Origin: Flavobacteriales bacterium
GTDB taxonomy: Bacteria > Bacteroidota > Bacteroidia > Flavobacteriales_D > JAUILH01
Length of the DNA: 64,000 nt
NCBI GenBank assembly: GCA_964230215.1
Contig: CAXRGQ010000007.1
Span: 234,863 to 298,862 of the forward strand
Direction: 5' to 3'
The position numbers and the translations under genes were made by a program. The notes beneath the pieces were generated by a model that saw only the letters and a program-made list of their open reading frames with translations, searched no databases and was not told the DNA's origin. This document shows positions 52,131-61,415 of this stretch, in pieces (the first letter of the stretch is position 1; each line of letters starts with the position of its first letter).

Positions 52131-52919
52131 ATGAATCTGAATTTAGAAAATAAGACGGCGATTGTTTGTGGGAGCACACAAGGTATTGGGAAGGCGGCTG
52201 CTATGGAAATGGCTGGTTTAGGCGCAAATATTTGTCTTGTGGCCAGAAACGAAGACAAACTAAAAGCTGTGATGAATGAATTACCAAACAATGGTAAGCA
52301 AAAACACGGCTATATCGCGGTAGATTTTACCCAGCAAGACGATTTAAAGGCTAAAATTGAAGCGTTTGTGGCGTCTCAAGACAAAATTGATATTCTTCTA
52401 AATAATACTGGGGGTCCGGCAGGAGGTCCTGCACACGGAGCAGATATCACGGAATATTTGAATGCTTTCAATCAACATCTAATCTGCAATCAAATCATAG
52501 TTCAGGCAGTTTTGGATAAAATGAAGGCGGCAGAGTATGGTCGCATAATTAATGTTATTTCTACCTCTGTTAAGCAGCCATTAAATGGATTAGGTGTTTC
52601 TAACACTGTGCGTGGTGCGGTAGCGAATTGGGCAAAGACTTTGGCAAATGAATTAGGCCAATTCAATATAACGGTGAACAATGTATTACCTGGAGCTACA
52701 AATACAGTTAGATTACAAGCCATTGCAGAAAATAAGGCCGCTAAGACTGGAAAATCAGTGGATGAAGTGTTTGCAGATTTCGCAGCAGCCGTGCCTATGA
52801 AACGTATTGCGGAGGCCGAAGAGGTAGCGAATGCGATTGCCTTTCTGGCATCTCCTGCAGCTAGCTATATCAACGGAATTAATGTTCCAGTTGATGGAGG
52901 AAGAACAGCATGCCTATAA
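52131..52919 (+). CDS. SDR family oxidoreductase
   Basis: GSTQGIG, NTGGP, NNVLPG and VDGG motifs. Confidence 0.9.
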   Translation: MNLNLENKTAIVCGSTQGIGKAAAMEMAGLGANICLVARNEDKLKAVMNELPNNGKQKHGYIAVDFTQQDDLKAKIEAFVASQDKIDILLNNTGGPAGGPAHGADITEYLNAFNQHLICNQIIVQAVLDKMKAAEYGRIINVISTSVKQPLNGLGVSNTVRGAVANWAKTLANELGQFNITVNNVLPGATNTVRLQAIAENKAAKTGKSVDEVFADFAAAVPMKRIAEAEEVANAIAFLASPAASYINGINVPVDGGRTACL

Positions 52920-52928
52920 ATTGAAATT

Positions 52929-53354
52929 ATGAGTGATTTAAAAGAACGTTCGGAACAGATAGCAGAGGAATTCTCCATGTTTTCTGACTGGATGGAAAAA
53001 TACGAATACATCATTGAGCTGGGAAAGGACTTACCCCTTATCGATCCAGCCCTAAAAACGGATGAGCGCATTATCAAAGGATGTCAATCTCAAGTTTGGT
53101 TAGATGCTAAATTTGATGGTGGAAAAGTCCATTTTACGGCAGATAGTGATGCCATTATTACTAAAGGTATCATCTCTCTTCTGGTGCGCGTCCTATCAGA
53201 TGCCACGCCACAGGAAATCTTGGAAGCCGATTTAAAATTCATTGATGACATTGGTTTAAAGGAGCATTTATCCCCAACTAGATCCAATGGATTACTAAGT
53301 ATGATTAAACAAATGAAAACGTATGCCTTAGCCTATTCGGCTAAAAGCGCATAA
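52929..53354 (+). CDS. sufE: Cysteine desulfuration protein SufE
   Basis: GCQSQVW, DSDA and LSPTRSNGL motifs. Confidence 0.93.
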   Translation: MSDLKERSEQIAEEFSMFSDWMEKYEYIIELGKDLPLIDPALKTDERIIKGCQSQVWLDAKFDGGKVHFTADSDAIITKGIISLLVRVLSDATPQEILEADLKFIDDIGLKEHLSPTRSNGLLSMIKQMKTYALAYSAKSA

Positions 53355-53403
53355 AGTTCGCGGATAATCGGAAGATTTTTAGCACTTTTGTCCCCGCTCG
53401 CTT

Positions 53404-54426
53404 ATGAAAAAAGTAATTGTAACAGGAGGTGCCGGATTCATTGGTTCTCACACAGTTGTGGAATTAATCAATGCAGGCTACGAACCTATCATCGTAGATA
53501 ATTTCTCTAATTCGGACGAACGCATTGTCAAACAACTAGAACAACTTACAGAAACATCCATTGATGTCTACAATGTTGATTGTAAAAATATACAACAACT
53601 TAGTAAGGCACTTATATTAGAAGGCCCAATCCACGGTATTATTCACTTTGCTGCCTATAAAGCGGTGGGCGAATCTGTCGAATTTCCTACAAAATACTAC
53701 GACAACAATGTTGGTTCACTCATCAATATACTGAAATTGATGCCAGAGAATGATGTGCATAATATCGTGTTCTCATCTTCCTGCACGGTTTATGGCGAAC
53801 CAGAAACCACAATTGTCGACGAAAATACTCCTAGGGTTGAAGCCATTTCTCCTTACGGAAATACCAAACGCATTTGTGAGGACATGATTATGGATGCTGC
53901 AAAAGCACGCAAAAAAATGAAGGCAGCCATTCTACGCTACTTCAATCCAATTGGTGCACATCCCTCATCAATGATTGGTGAGTTACCACATGGTGTTCCC
54001 AACAACCTAGTTCCTTACATCACTCAAACTGCCGCTGGTAAGAGAGAACAATTGAGCATTTTTGGTAATGACTATCCAACGGAAGACGGCACATGTATAC
54101 GGGACTATATCCATGTGGTTGACCTTGCCAAAGCGCATGTGGACGCTCTTAAATGGATGTCAAGTACTGATGAGAATCAATGTGAAGTGTTTAATATAGG
54201 TACTGGGAAAGGCTCATCGGTGCAAAATCTGGTAGACACGTTTGAGCGTGTTAATGGAATTAAAATCAATAAAAAAGTAGTGGCCAGAAGACCTGGAGAT
54301 ATCACTGCTATCTACGCTAATGCTGACAAAGCGAAGGAAGTGCTTGGCTGGAGCGCAAAGCTTACAATGGAAGATGCTTTAAGAGATGCATGGAACTGGC
54401 AGCAATACCTAGCAAATAATTGGTAA
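53404..54426 (+). CDS. galE: UDP-glucose 4-epimerase
   Basis: GGAGFIGSH, KAVGES, YGNTK, LRYFNP and RDYIHV motifs. Confidence 0.95.
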   Translation: MKKVIVTGGAGFIGSHTVVELINAGYEPIIVDNFSNSDERIVKQLEQLTETSIDVYNVDCKNIQQLSKALILEGPIHGIIHFAAYKAVGESVEFPTKYYDNNVGSLINILKLMPENDVHNIVFSSSCTVYGEPETTIVDENTPRVEAISPYGNTKRICEDMIMDAAKARKKMKAAILRYFNPIGAHPSSMIGELPHGVPNNLVPYITQTAAGKREQLSIFGNDYPTEDGTCIRDYIHVVDLAKAHVDALKWMSSTDENQCEVFNIGTGKGSSVQNLVDTFERVNGIKINKKVVARRPGDITAIYANADKAKEVLGWSAKLTMEDALRDAWNWQQYLANNW

Positions 54427-54435
54427 TTTAGAGGT

Positions 54436-55161
54436 GTGAAAGCACTGCTAAGCATATTATTTGTCGCTACACTCTATGTCAATAGTTATGGACAAGGTAT
54501 TTTCCATTATTACACAGGACTTATTTTGCCGGACAAAGATGCTCCGTTGCGCACAGATAGATTGGGACTAGATTTATATTACGGCAGTTGGTTAGATATG
54601 CCTGAAGGTATTAAATACAGTCCGTTTTCAGTTGGTGTAAACGTGTTTCGTATTTACGATATTCCCTTTAGCCACAGTCCTATTGGTATTGGAATTGGGT
54701 ATGGTTTAAGCTCACATAACATTCATCATAATGGAAGTTTTGTGCATTTCACAGACAGCATGAGTGGCAAGGAAATGGTGGACATGGTTCCCAATCCAGA
54801 GAACTATAAACCACGGAAGAATAAGCTCTCAATAAACTATTTTGAGGTTCCGTTTGAACTGAGATTCAGATCTAAACGCAAGCCAAACAAAAACGACGAA
54901 ATGAAAGGACCGTTTAGATTCTATCCTGGATTTAAGATTGGATATCTTGTGAACATACATACCTCCAGAAAAGATGCTACTGGAAAATATAAAGAATACA
55001 ATTTCGCCAATCTGGAAAAATTTAGATACGGAGCAACACTGCGCATAGGATTCGGTAAAATGAGCATCTTTGGTTTTTATGCCCTTAACTCCTTATTTAA
55101 AGAAGATAATCCGGTCGGTTTACAATCGTTTTCAGTGGGTGTCAGCTTCCTTACATTCTAA
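54436..55161 (+). CDS. Outer-membrane beta-barrel (porin-family) protein
   Basis: Signal peptide, YFEVPFELRFR, alternating beta strands, C-terminal Phe. Confidence 0.75.
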   Translation: MKALLSILFVATLYVNSYGQGIFHYYTGLILPDKDAPLRTDRLGLDLYYGSWLDMPEGIKYSPFSVGVNVFRIYDIPFSHSPIGIGIGYGLSSHNIHHNGSFVHFTDSMSGKEMVDMVPNPENYKPRKNKLSINYFEVPFELRFRSKRKPNKNDEMKGPFRFYPGFKIGYLVNIHTSRKDATGKYKEYNFANLEKFRYGATLRIGFGKMSIFGFYALNSLFKEDNPVGLQSFSVGVSFLTF

Positions 55162-55772
55162 AGGCTAATAGAAAGATAGGTAGACAAAAAACCTACCGCA
55201 AAGCCCAGAACTATTTGTTTCATATCATGTGCCTCACGAATCATACGTGCCGTTCCAATTATACCCGCAATAACCATTAGAGCAACCAATAATAACGGAT
55301 TACTATAAAACGACTGATTCCCCACGGCATAACACATTCCCAAAACGCCAGCAATACCCACCATGTGTGCACTTATGCGATAGAAAAAAGTAACTATTAA
55401 ACAAATGGCCATCGCAATTACAGCCCCAAAGTAAGCTTTAAACAGGGCGGGATGGAATATCTCGCGAATTACCTCATTACGCATCAACATCACGTAAACC
55501 ACCCCGAAACAAAAGAGTCCAACACCATACAGATACACGCGCTCTCGGGGATCCAAAGTATCCAAACTGCTCACATAATTCAGATTCTTAAGTATGAGAG
55601 ACATCATTATTGCTAAACCAGAGATACTGGCCACCAGCCACAATAGGTTCATTGGGTCATTCTGGGAATACTGTGACACTTCATCATACCCCATTATTAG
55701 AATTCCCATACCATAAACAGGCATTAAAACAGGGTGCAATAAATAAGATATGATTTGTGCAAAAACCTGCAT
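55158..55772 (-). CDS. Membrane protein, PAP2-like
   Basis: ISAH, AR....H and LLHP motifs; coupled to rpoN. Confidence 0.65.
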   Translation of the reverse strand: MQVFAQIISYLLHPVLMPVYGMGILIMGYDEVSQYSQNDPMNLLWLVASISGLAIMMSLILKNLNYVSSLDTLDPRERVYLYGVGLFCFGVVYVMLMRNEVIREIFHPALFKAYFGAVIAMAICLIVTFFYRISAHMVGIAGVLGMCYAVGNQSFYSNPLLLVALMVIAGIIGTARMIREAHDMKQIVLGFAVGFLSTYLSISL

Positions 55773-57217
55773 TACAGCTCTTTTCTCAATCGGGCTACTG
55801 GAATGTTTAATTGTTCACGATACTTTGCAATGGTACGTCTTGCGATATTATAGCCTTTTTCCTTTAGCAATGCGGCTAGTTTCTCGTCTGTAAGTGGTTT
55901 GCGCTTATCTTCAGCATCCACAGCGTCTTCAAGTATCTTTTTTACTTCACGGGTTGATACTTCTTCCCCACTATCCGTGCTCAACGACTCAGAGAAAAAG
56001 GTCTTCAACAAAAATGTACCATATTGCGTTTGCACATGCTTGCTATTGGCTACCCGCGAAATCGTAGAAATATCTAAACCTACAATTTCAGCGATATCCT
56101 TAAGAATCATTGGACGCAATTTGGTTTCGTCTCCCGTTAAGAAATACTCTTCCTGGTATTCCATAATTGCGTTCATTGTTACCAATAGTGTGTTTTGACG
56201 CTGTCTAATTGCATCAATAAACCATTTAGCCGAATCAATCTTTTGTTTAACAAAAAGCAAAGCCTCTTTCTGTTTTTTATCTTTTGACCCCGACTCACTA
56301 TAAGCTTTCATCATGTCAACATAGGCACGACTTACCTTAAGCTCGGGAGCATTTCTTGAATTCAGAGTTAAACTCAACTCACCATCTTCTTCTCTAATTA
56401 AGAAATCAGGAATAACGTGCTGTATGCTTTTACTCGACTCTTTCATCGAGTTACCCGGTTTTGGGTTGAGCTTTAGTATTTCGTCAATAGCGTCTTTGAG
56501 TGCCTCTTCATCGATCTCGTAACGCTTTAGAATTTTCTTGTAATGTTTTTTAGTGAACTCTTCGAATGACTCATCTAGGATTTTTTCAGCAATAACCGTA
56601 TCTACCGTGCGTTCTTTGCGTCTAATTTGAATAAGTAGGCACTCGCGTAGATCACGACCTCCTACACCAGGCGGCTCAAATCCCTGAATTATTTCAAGAA
56701 TTTCTTCCAGCTCTTCCATCTCACACATCACATTCTGTGAGAATGCCAAATCATCGATTATATTTTCAAGATCACGTCTTAAATAGCCAGCGTCATCAAG
56801 ATTTCCAATTAAGGTTAAACCAATCTGGAACTCCTTTTCATCCAGACCCTGCACCCCTAATTGCTCAATCATTAACTCCTGAAAGGTACGTCCTCCTGAC
56901 AAGGGAATTGCCTTTTCGTCGTCATCAGGGCTGCTGTTGTTAGCGTATGTTTTATACGACGGCATATCGTCATCAGAAAGGTAATCACTGATATCAAAAT
57001 CATCTCTGCTTTCCCCATCATTATCCCTATCCTGGTCATCATCATACTCTGATGATTCATCTGCTTCCTTACCTTCTTCTAGAGCAGGATTAGCCTCCAT
57101 CTCCTCTTTAATCCGCATCTCCAACTCCATAGTTGGTACCTGCAACAACTTCATTAGCTGAATTTGTTGTGGCGACAACTTCTGTAGGAGTTTCTGGTCT
57201 AATCGTTGCTTTAACAT
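55772..57217 (-). CDS. rpoN: RNA polymerase sigma-54 factor
   Basis: Gln/Leu-rich N-terminus, STISR and RpoN box ARRTIAKYRE. Confidence 0.97.
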   Translation of the reverse strand: MLKQRLDQKLLQKLSPQQIQLMKLLQVPTMELEMRIKEEMEANPALEEGKEADESSEYDDDQDRDNDGESRDDFDISDYLSDDDMPSYKTYANNSSPDDDEKAIPLSGGRTFQELMIEQLGVQGLDEKEFQIGLTLIGNLDDAGYLRRDLENIIDDLAFSQNVMCEMEELEEILEIIQGFEPPGVGGRDLRECLLIQIRRKERTVDTVIAEKILDESFEEFTKKHYKKILKRYEIDEEALKDAIDEILKLNPKPGNSMKESSKSIQHVIPDFLIREEDGELSLTLNSRNAPELKVSRAYVDMMKAYSESGSKDKKQKEALLFVKQKIDSAKWFIDAIRQRQNTLLVTMNAIMEYQEEYFLTGDETKLRPMILKDIAEIVGLDISTISRVANSKHVQTQYGTFLLKTFFSESLSTDSGEEVSTREVKKILEDAVDAEDKRKPLTDEKLAALLKEKGYNIARRTIAKYREQLNIPVARLRKEL

Positions 57218-57254
57218 AGCTTATTATTTCTCTCTTAAATGTACCAAATTTTAT

Positions 57255-58706
57255 TTAGAATTCGGCATTTCTTGGTGTTCTCGGAAATGGAATTACATCT
57301 CTAATATTCGTCATCCCAGTTACAAACATTACCAACCTTTCAAATCCAAGGCCAAAACCTGCGTGTATAGCAGTCCCGAACTTCCTAGTATCCAAATACC
57401 ACCAAATTTCTTCTTCCGGAATGCCAGCCTCTTTGCACTTAGCTTTTAACATATCTAATCGTTCTTCCCTTTGAGAACCGCCCATGATTTCACCCACTCC
57501 AGGGAATAAGATATCCATCGCGGCAACCGTCTCTCTGCCTTCTGCATCCTTATCATTAAGACGCATATAGAAGGCTTTTATTTTAGCAGGATAATCAGTT
57601 AGAATTACAGGTTTTTTGAAATGTTTTTCTACCAACCATCTTTCGTGCTCGCTCTGCAAGTCCGTTCCCCATTCAACTGGAAATTTAAACTTATTCTTCT
57701 TGAAGGGCTTTGAGTTCATAATTACCTCAATTGCCTCTGTATAGGTAAGTCGCTCAAAATCATTTTCCGCCACAAACTTCAATCTATCGATTAAGGATAA
57801 TTCGTTGCGCTCATTTTGTGGCTTTTGTTTGTCAGCCTGCTCCTCTCTCTGGTGCAAGAACTCTAAATCATCCTTGCAGTTATCAAGGGCGTATTGAACG
57901 CAGTATTTCAAGAAATCCTCACCTAAATCCATGTTATCAGTGAGGTCGTTGAAAGCCACCTCTGGTTCAATCATCCAAAACTCAGCCAAATGACGGCTAG
58001 TATTTGAATTCTCAGCTCTAAATGTTGGCCCAAAAGTATACACTTGACCAAGCGCCATTGCACCAAGTTCCGCCTCTAGTTGCCCAGATACTGTAAGGTT
58101 TGTTTCTTTTCCGAAAAAATCTTGTTTGAAGTCCACCTTGCCGTCTTCTGTCAAGGGAGGATTAATTGGATCTAGAGTGCTAACTCTAAACATTTCACCT
58201 GCCCCTTCAGCATCTGAGCCTGTAATGATTGGCGTGTGCAAATACACATAACCCCTATCGTTAAAATATTTGTGTATTGCGAAGGCAAGGGCATGTCGAA
58301 TTCTAAATACAGCTCCAAAAGTGTTTGTTCTGAATCTTAAATGCGCTTGTTCTCTCAGACGCTCTAGATTATGGCGTTTAGGCTGCAAGATAGTCTCCTG
58401 AACCTCATCCGGATTAGCTGTGCCAAGCACCTCCAATTCATCTACCAAAATCTCAACCGATTGCCCTTTACCTTGCGACTCTACTAACTTTCCAACTACT
58501 TTAACAGCCGAGCCAATAGTACATTTTTTAATCGTGGTTTGATCAAAGTTCTCAAAATCAACTACACCCTGAATATTATGTATGGTAGAACCATCATTGA
58601 TGTTTAAAAACCTGTTCTGTCTAAAAGCCCTTACCCAGCCCATAACCGTTACAGTTTGGTTAAGTTGAGCTCCCTTTATTATATCTACAATTTTTGTTCG
58701 CTTCAT
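57255..58706 (-). CDS. asnS: Asparagine-tRNA ligase
   Basis: [23 protein letters not shown] and GFGLGFERL motifs. Confidence 0.96.
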   Translation of the reverse strand: MKRTKIVDIIKGAQLNQTVTVMGWVRAFRQNRFLNINDGSTIHNIQGVVDFENFDQTTIKKCTIGSAVKVVGKLVESQGKGQSVEILVDELEVLGTANPDEVQETILQPKRHNLERLREQAHLRFRTNTFGAVFRIRHALAFAIHKYFNDRGYVYLHTPIITGSDAEGAGEMFRVSTLDPINPPLTEDGKVDFKQDFFGKETNLTVSGQLEAELGAMALGQVYTFGPTFRAENSNTSRHLAEFWMIEPEVAFNDLTDNMDLGEDFLKYCVQYALDNCKDDLEFLHQREEQADKQKPQNERNELSLIDRLKFVAENDFERLTYTEAIEVIMNSKPFKKNKFKFPVEWGTDLQSEHERWLVEKHFKKPVILTDYPAKIKAFYMRLNDKDAEGRETVAAMDILFPGVGEIMGGSQREERLDMLKAKCKEAGIPEEEIWWYLDTRKFGTAIHAGFGLGFERLVMFVTGMTNIRDVIPFPRTPRNAEF

Positions 58707-58762
58707 TTCTCGGTTTTATACAAGTACAAAAAAACGAATCTTTTGGGAGATATAGATGAATA

Positions 58763-58853
58763 TAGTTGACTAGTTTATTAGATGATTAGTTGATTAGATA
58801 CCAAGGGTTAGGTCGCACCCCAATCATAAATATTAAATTATCAATCATAAATC
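58763..58853. repeat. Short-period repeats: TAG(T/A)TGAT-like octamers and ATCATAA-like heptamers (family C)
   Basis: Octamers at 58763-58800; CAATCATAAA...TCAATCATAAATC at 58821-58853 also seen at 38771-38803 and 61149-61181. Confidence 0.7.
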
Positions 58854-58862
58854 CTATGCTCC

Positions 58863-58928
58863 TTATGCTCCCGTGAGCCAATCAACCCAAATCAAACGAG
58901 CTGCACAAAACATCAAGTGCGGCTCGTG
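58863..58928. repeat. Hairpin repeat family B copy 1
   Basis: GAGCCAATCAACCCAA...ACGAGCTGCAC-AAAACATCAA-GTGCGGCTCGTG; matches 60930-60999. Confidence 0.88.
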
Positions 58929-59024
58929 GTACACATGACTTGATTGATTGTTTTAACAGTCAATTTAATCTCCATTTTGTACATTGTTATTCATTTAGCT
59001 TCTAATAATTGAAGTTGAGCAGGC

Positions 59025-60935
59025 ATGAAGTTAATTTTAGCACTCATAACAATTGTGATCTCCTTTGGATCAATAGCACAAGACACGGTTTCTTATGATC
59101 AATTTTTGCTAAACCCATACATGATTGAATGGTCGCCCAGAGAAACGCCCGACACAAACAATCTAGATTTTAAATCTCCTTCTGAATATCTCTGTAGCAA
59201 ACGTACATTGTTGTGCCCAAAAATTGAAGAACGTTCTAACTTTTTCAAAGATTACTTACCTGAAAAAGATACTTGTACACTAAGGGATGAGATACAAGTG
59301 TGGGATAATAACTATATATACCTGAAAAATGAAAAATTCTTACGCGATTTTGAGGCTATAACAATCCATCCAGCGAGCGTTAGTGACGGTGGCTTATTCC
59401 TGCCCTCATCTTTGAGATTCTATCTGGAAAACGGAAAGGTTAATGAGGACTGGGACATGCATTATCAATCATTTTACGCCAAGAAATTTGAGGTTACAAA
59501 TAAGGAATATAGAGAATTTATTATATATGTACGTGATTCATTAGCACGAACACTTTTAGCGAAAAAATACCCTCTTAGGTATTACATGGATTCTTCTAAG
59601 ACACATTTAAATTGGGATGAACCACTGTATTATTTCCAAGTTCCAGAAAAGGAAGGTTTATCGCAAACTGATTATCACAATACAATTAAACAGTTGTTCT
59701 TACCATTTGCCAAACGATATTACAATACAATTGAATTCGATCCGCGGAAATTAATTTACAAAGCGATGGATGGTGATGTAATTAATGTATATCCTGATAC
59801 ACTCAGTTGGGTACATGATTACGTTGCCCCGATAATGGAGCCATTAACCAATATGTACAATTGGCACCCCGCCTATGCAGACGCACCTGTTGTTGGTGTA
59901 TCAAAACAACAAGCAGAGGCCTATTTAGAGTGGAAAACTAAAGACATAAAGAAGATGTTCGCTAAGCTCGGTTATGAGATTAGTTTGAGTCTGCCGAGTC
60001 CTGCCGAATGGGAAATAATGAATGTGTATCAATATAATGACCATTACACACCCGGAGGTGAGGGAATAATGCACTATCTATACAATCAAAATAACACCCA
60101 AAATCTTATTTTAAATTTTGACAGCACATCACTTTACACCTCAATTTTTAATACTGATATTCTGGGACGTGTTATAAGCACTTATCCTAAATTGCCAACA
60201 CCAGAAATCATTGGATATAAAACTGGTAGAAGGAATAAGGAAAAATTCATTAGCATGATGAATCCCTACGGCCAAATTCATACAATCCCAGAAATAGATG
60301 GAAGGACAGTATACATGCTAGGAAAAAATGTGTCTGAATGGATAGATTTTGAACGCAATGGGAAAGCTATGGTCGCAGGGGGAAGTTGGTTACATAATTA
60401 TCCATTAATCGATAATTTCATTAATCAGGGTGCATACCTTCAAACCTTTGTATCACCAATAGAACAGCATGCTTCACTTGGTTTTAGATATGTAATTCGA
60501 GTAAAAAACCCGAATCAAAACAGCAATAATCGCATAATTTCAGAAAAAGCGATAAAATCATTCTATGTGAAACTAATTGCAACGCCATGGCAGCTGTCGG
60601 CTGACCAATTAGAGAACTTTTATCTTCGAGACACACTTATGTTTCATGGGCAAGTCTTAGGTGGTAAAAACTTTAATTTCAAACTGAATGGCACATTAAA
60701 TATTCTGCAGAATATTCAACTAGAACCTCAGAAAAAAATCACACACAAATCACCTGGTGAACAGGTTGGTGTAATTGATGGTGTTGTGATAAATTTCAGT
60801 GTTGATAATGCATTCTCGACAAATTATGAATTGAACCTTGAGAATGGTGTGCTCCAATTCTATATAAACAAGCAACTTTTTAGATATCGTATCATCAAAT
60901 TGAATTTTGAGCAATTAGTTCTAGTGCGTTTATGA
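59025..60935 (+). CDS. FGE-sulfatase (SUMF1) domain protein, GldK-like
   Basis: EVTNKEYREF..YVRDS, VYPDTLSW, Y.WHPAY..APVVGVS..QA.AY..W, NVSEW, GGSW and GFRY motifs. Confidence 0.8.
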   Translation: MKLILALITIVISFGSIAQDTVSYDQFLLNPYMIEWSPRETPDTNNLDFKSPSEYLCSKRTLLCPKIEERSNFFKDYLPEKDTCTLRDEIQVWDNNYIYLKNEKFLRDFEAITIHPASVSDGGLFLPSSLRFYLENGKVNEDWDMHYQSFYAKKFEVTNKEYREFIIYVRDSLARTLLAKKYPLRYYMDSSKTHLNWDEPLYYFQVPEKEGLSQTDYHNTIKQLFLPFAKRYYNTIEFDPRKLIYKAMDGDVINVYPDTLSWVHDYVAPIMEPLTNMYNWHPAYADAPVVGVSKQQAEAYLEWKTKDIKKMFAKLGYEISLSLPSPAEWEIMNVYQYNDHYTPGGEGIMHYLYNQNNTQNLILNFDSTSLYTSIFNTDILGRVISTYPKLPTPEIIGYKTGRRNKEKFISMMNPYGQIHTIPEIDGRTVYMLGKNVSEWIDFERNGKAMVAGGSWLHNYPLIDNFINQGAYLQTFVSPIEQHASLGFRYVIRVKNPNQNSNNRIISEKAIKSFYVKLIATPWQLSADQLENFYLRDTLMFHGQVLGGKNFNFKLNGTLNILQNIQLEPQKKITHKSPGEQVGVIDGVVINFSVDNAFSTNYELNLENGVLQFYINKQLFRYRIIKLNFEQLVLVRL

Positions 60936-60999
60936 CTCGCTCTAGCGAGCCAATCAACCCAACTATACGAGCTGCACAAAACATTAAGTGCGGCTCGTG
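60930..60999. repeat. Hairpin repeat family B copy 2
   Basis: Direct repeat of 58863-58928; overlaps the stop codon of the GldK-like gene. Confidence 0.88.
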
Positions 61000-61020
61000 T
61001 GTGAATAAAACACCACCAAT

Positions 61021-61181
61021 AATTACAATTATGTGCACCCAACGTCCACGAGCGGCGGCTCATGCGCGTGCAATATTCAGCCAACCTTGCTTTCGCTCGC
61101 GGTAACGGTTGGGATCGTGTATTTGCACCCAATAAAATCGTGGATAATCAATCATAAATAATAAATCATCAATTATAAATC
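61021..61181. repeat. Dispersed palindromic element, family A (+C tail), copy 2
   Basis: Homologous to 38642-38803, same orientation. Confidence 0.88.
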
Positions 61182-61205
61182 CTCCCATTTAACTAATTTT
61201 GCCCC

Positions 61206-61415
61206 ATGGAATTCGAATTAGATGGGAGCGAGTATATCGAGTTAAACAAACTGCTAAAAATTATGCAGGTGTGCTCTAGCGGAGGGGAAGCCAAACTATT
61301 TATCAAAGATGGCTTGGTTATGGTTAATGGTGAAGTTGAGCTTCAATTAAGGAAAAAATTGCGGGCTGGCGATCTTGTCAACGTGGATAATGAAGTAGAT
61401 ATTTTGGTAAAGTAA
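61206..61415 (+). CDS. S4 domain RNA-binding protein (YaaA/YbcJ-like)
   Basis: YIELNKLLK, SGGEAK and V.VNG...R.KKL..GD motifs; TAATTTTG at 61194-61201. Confidence 0.9.
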   Translation: MEFELDGSEYIELNKLLKIMQVCSSGGEAKLFIKDGLVMVNGEVELQLRKKLRAGDLVNVDNEVDILVK

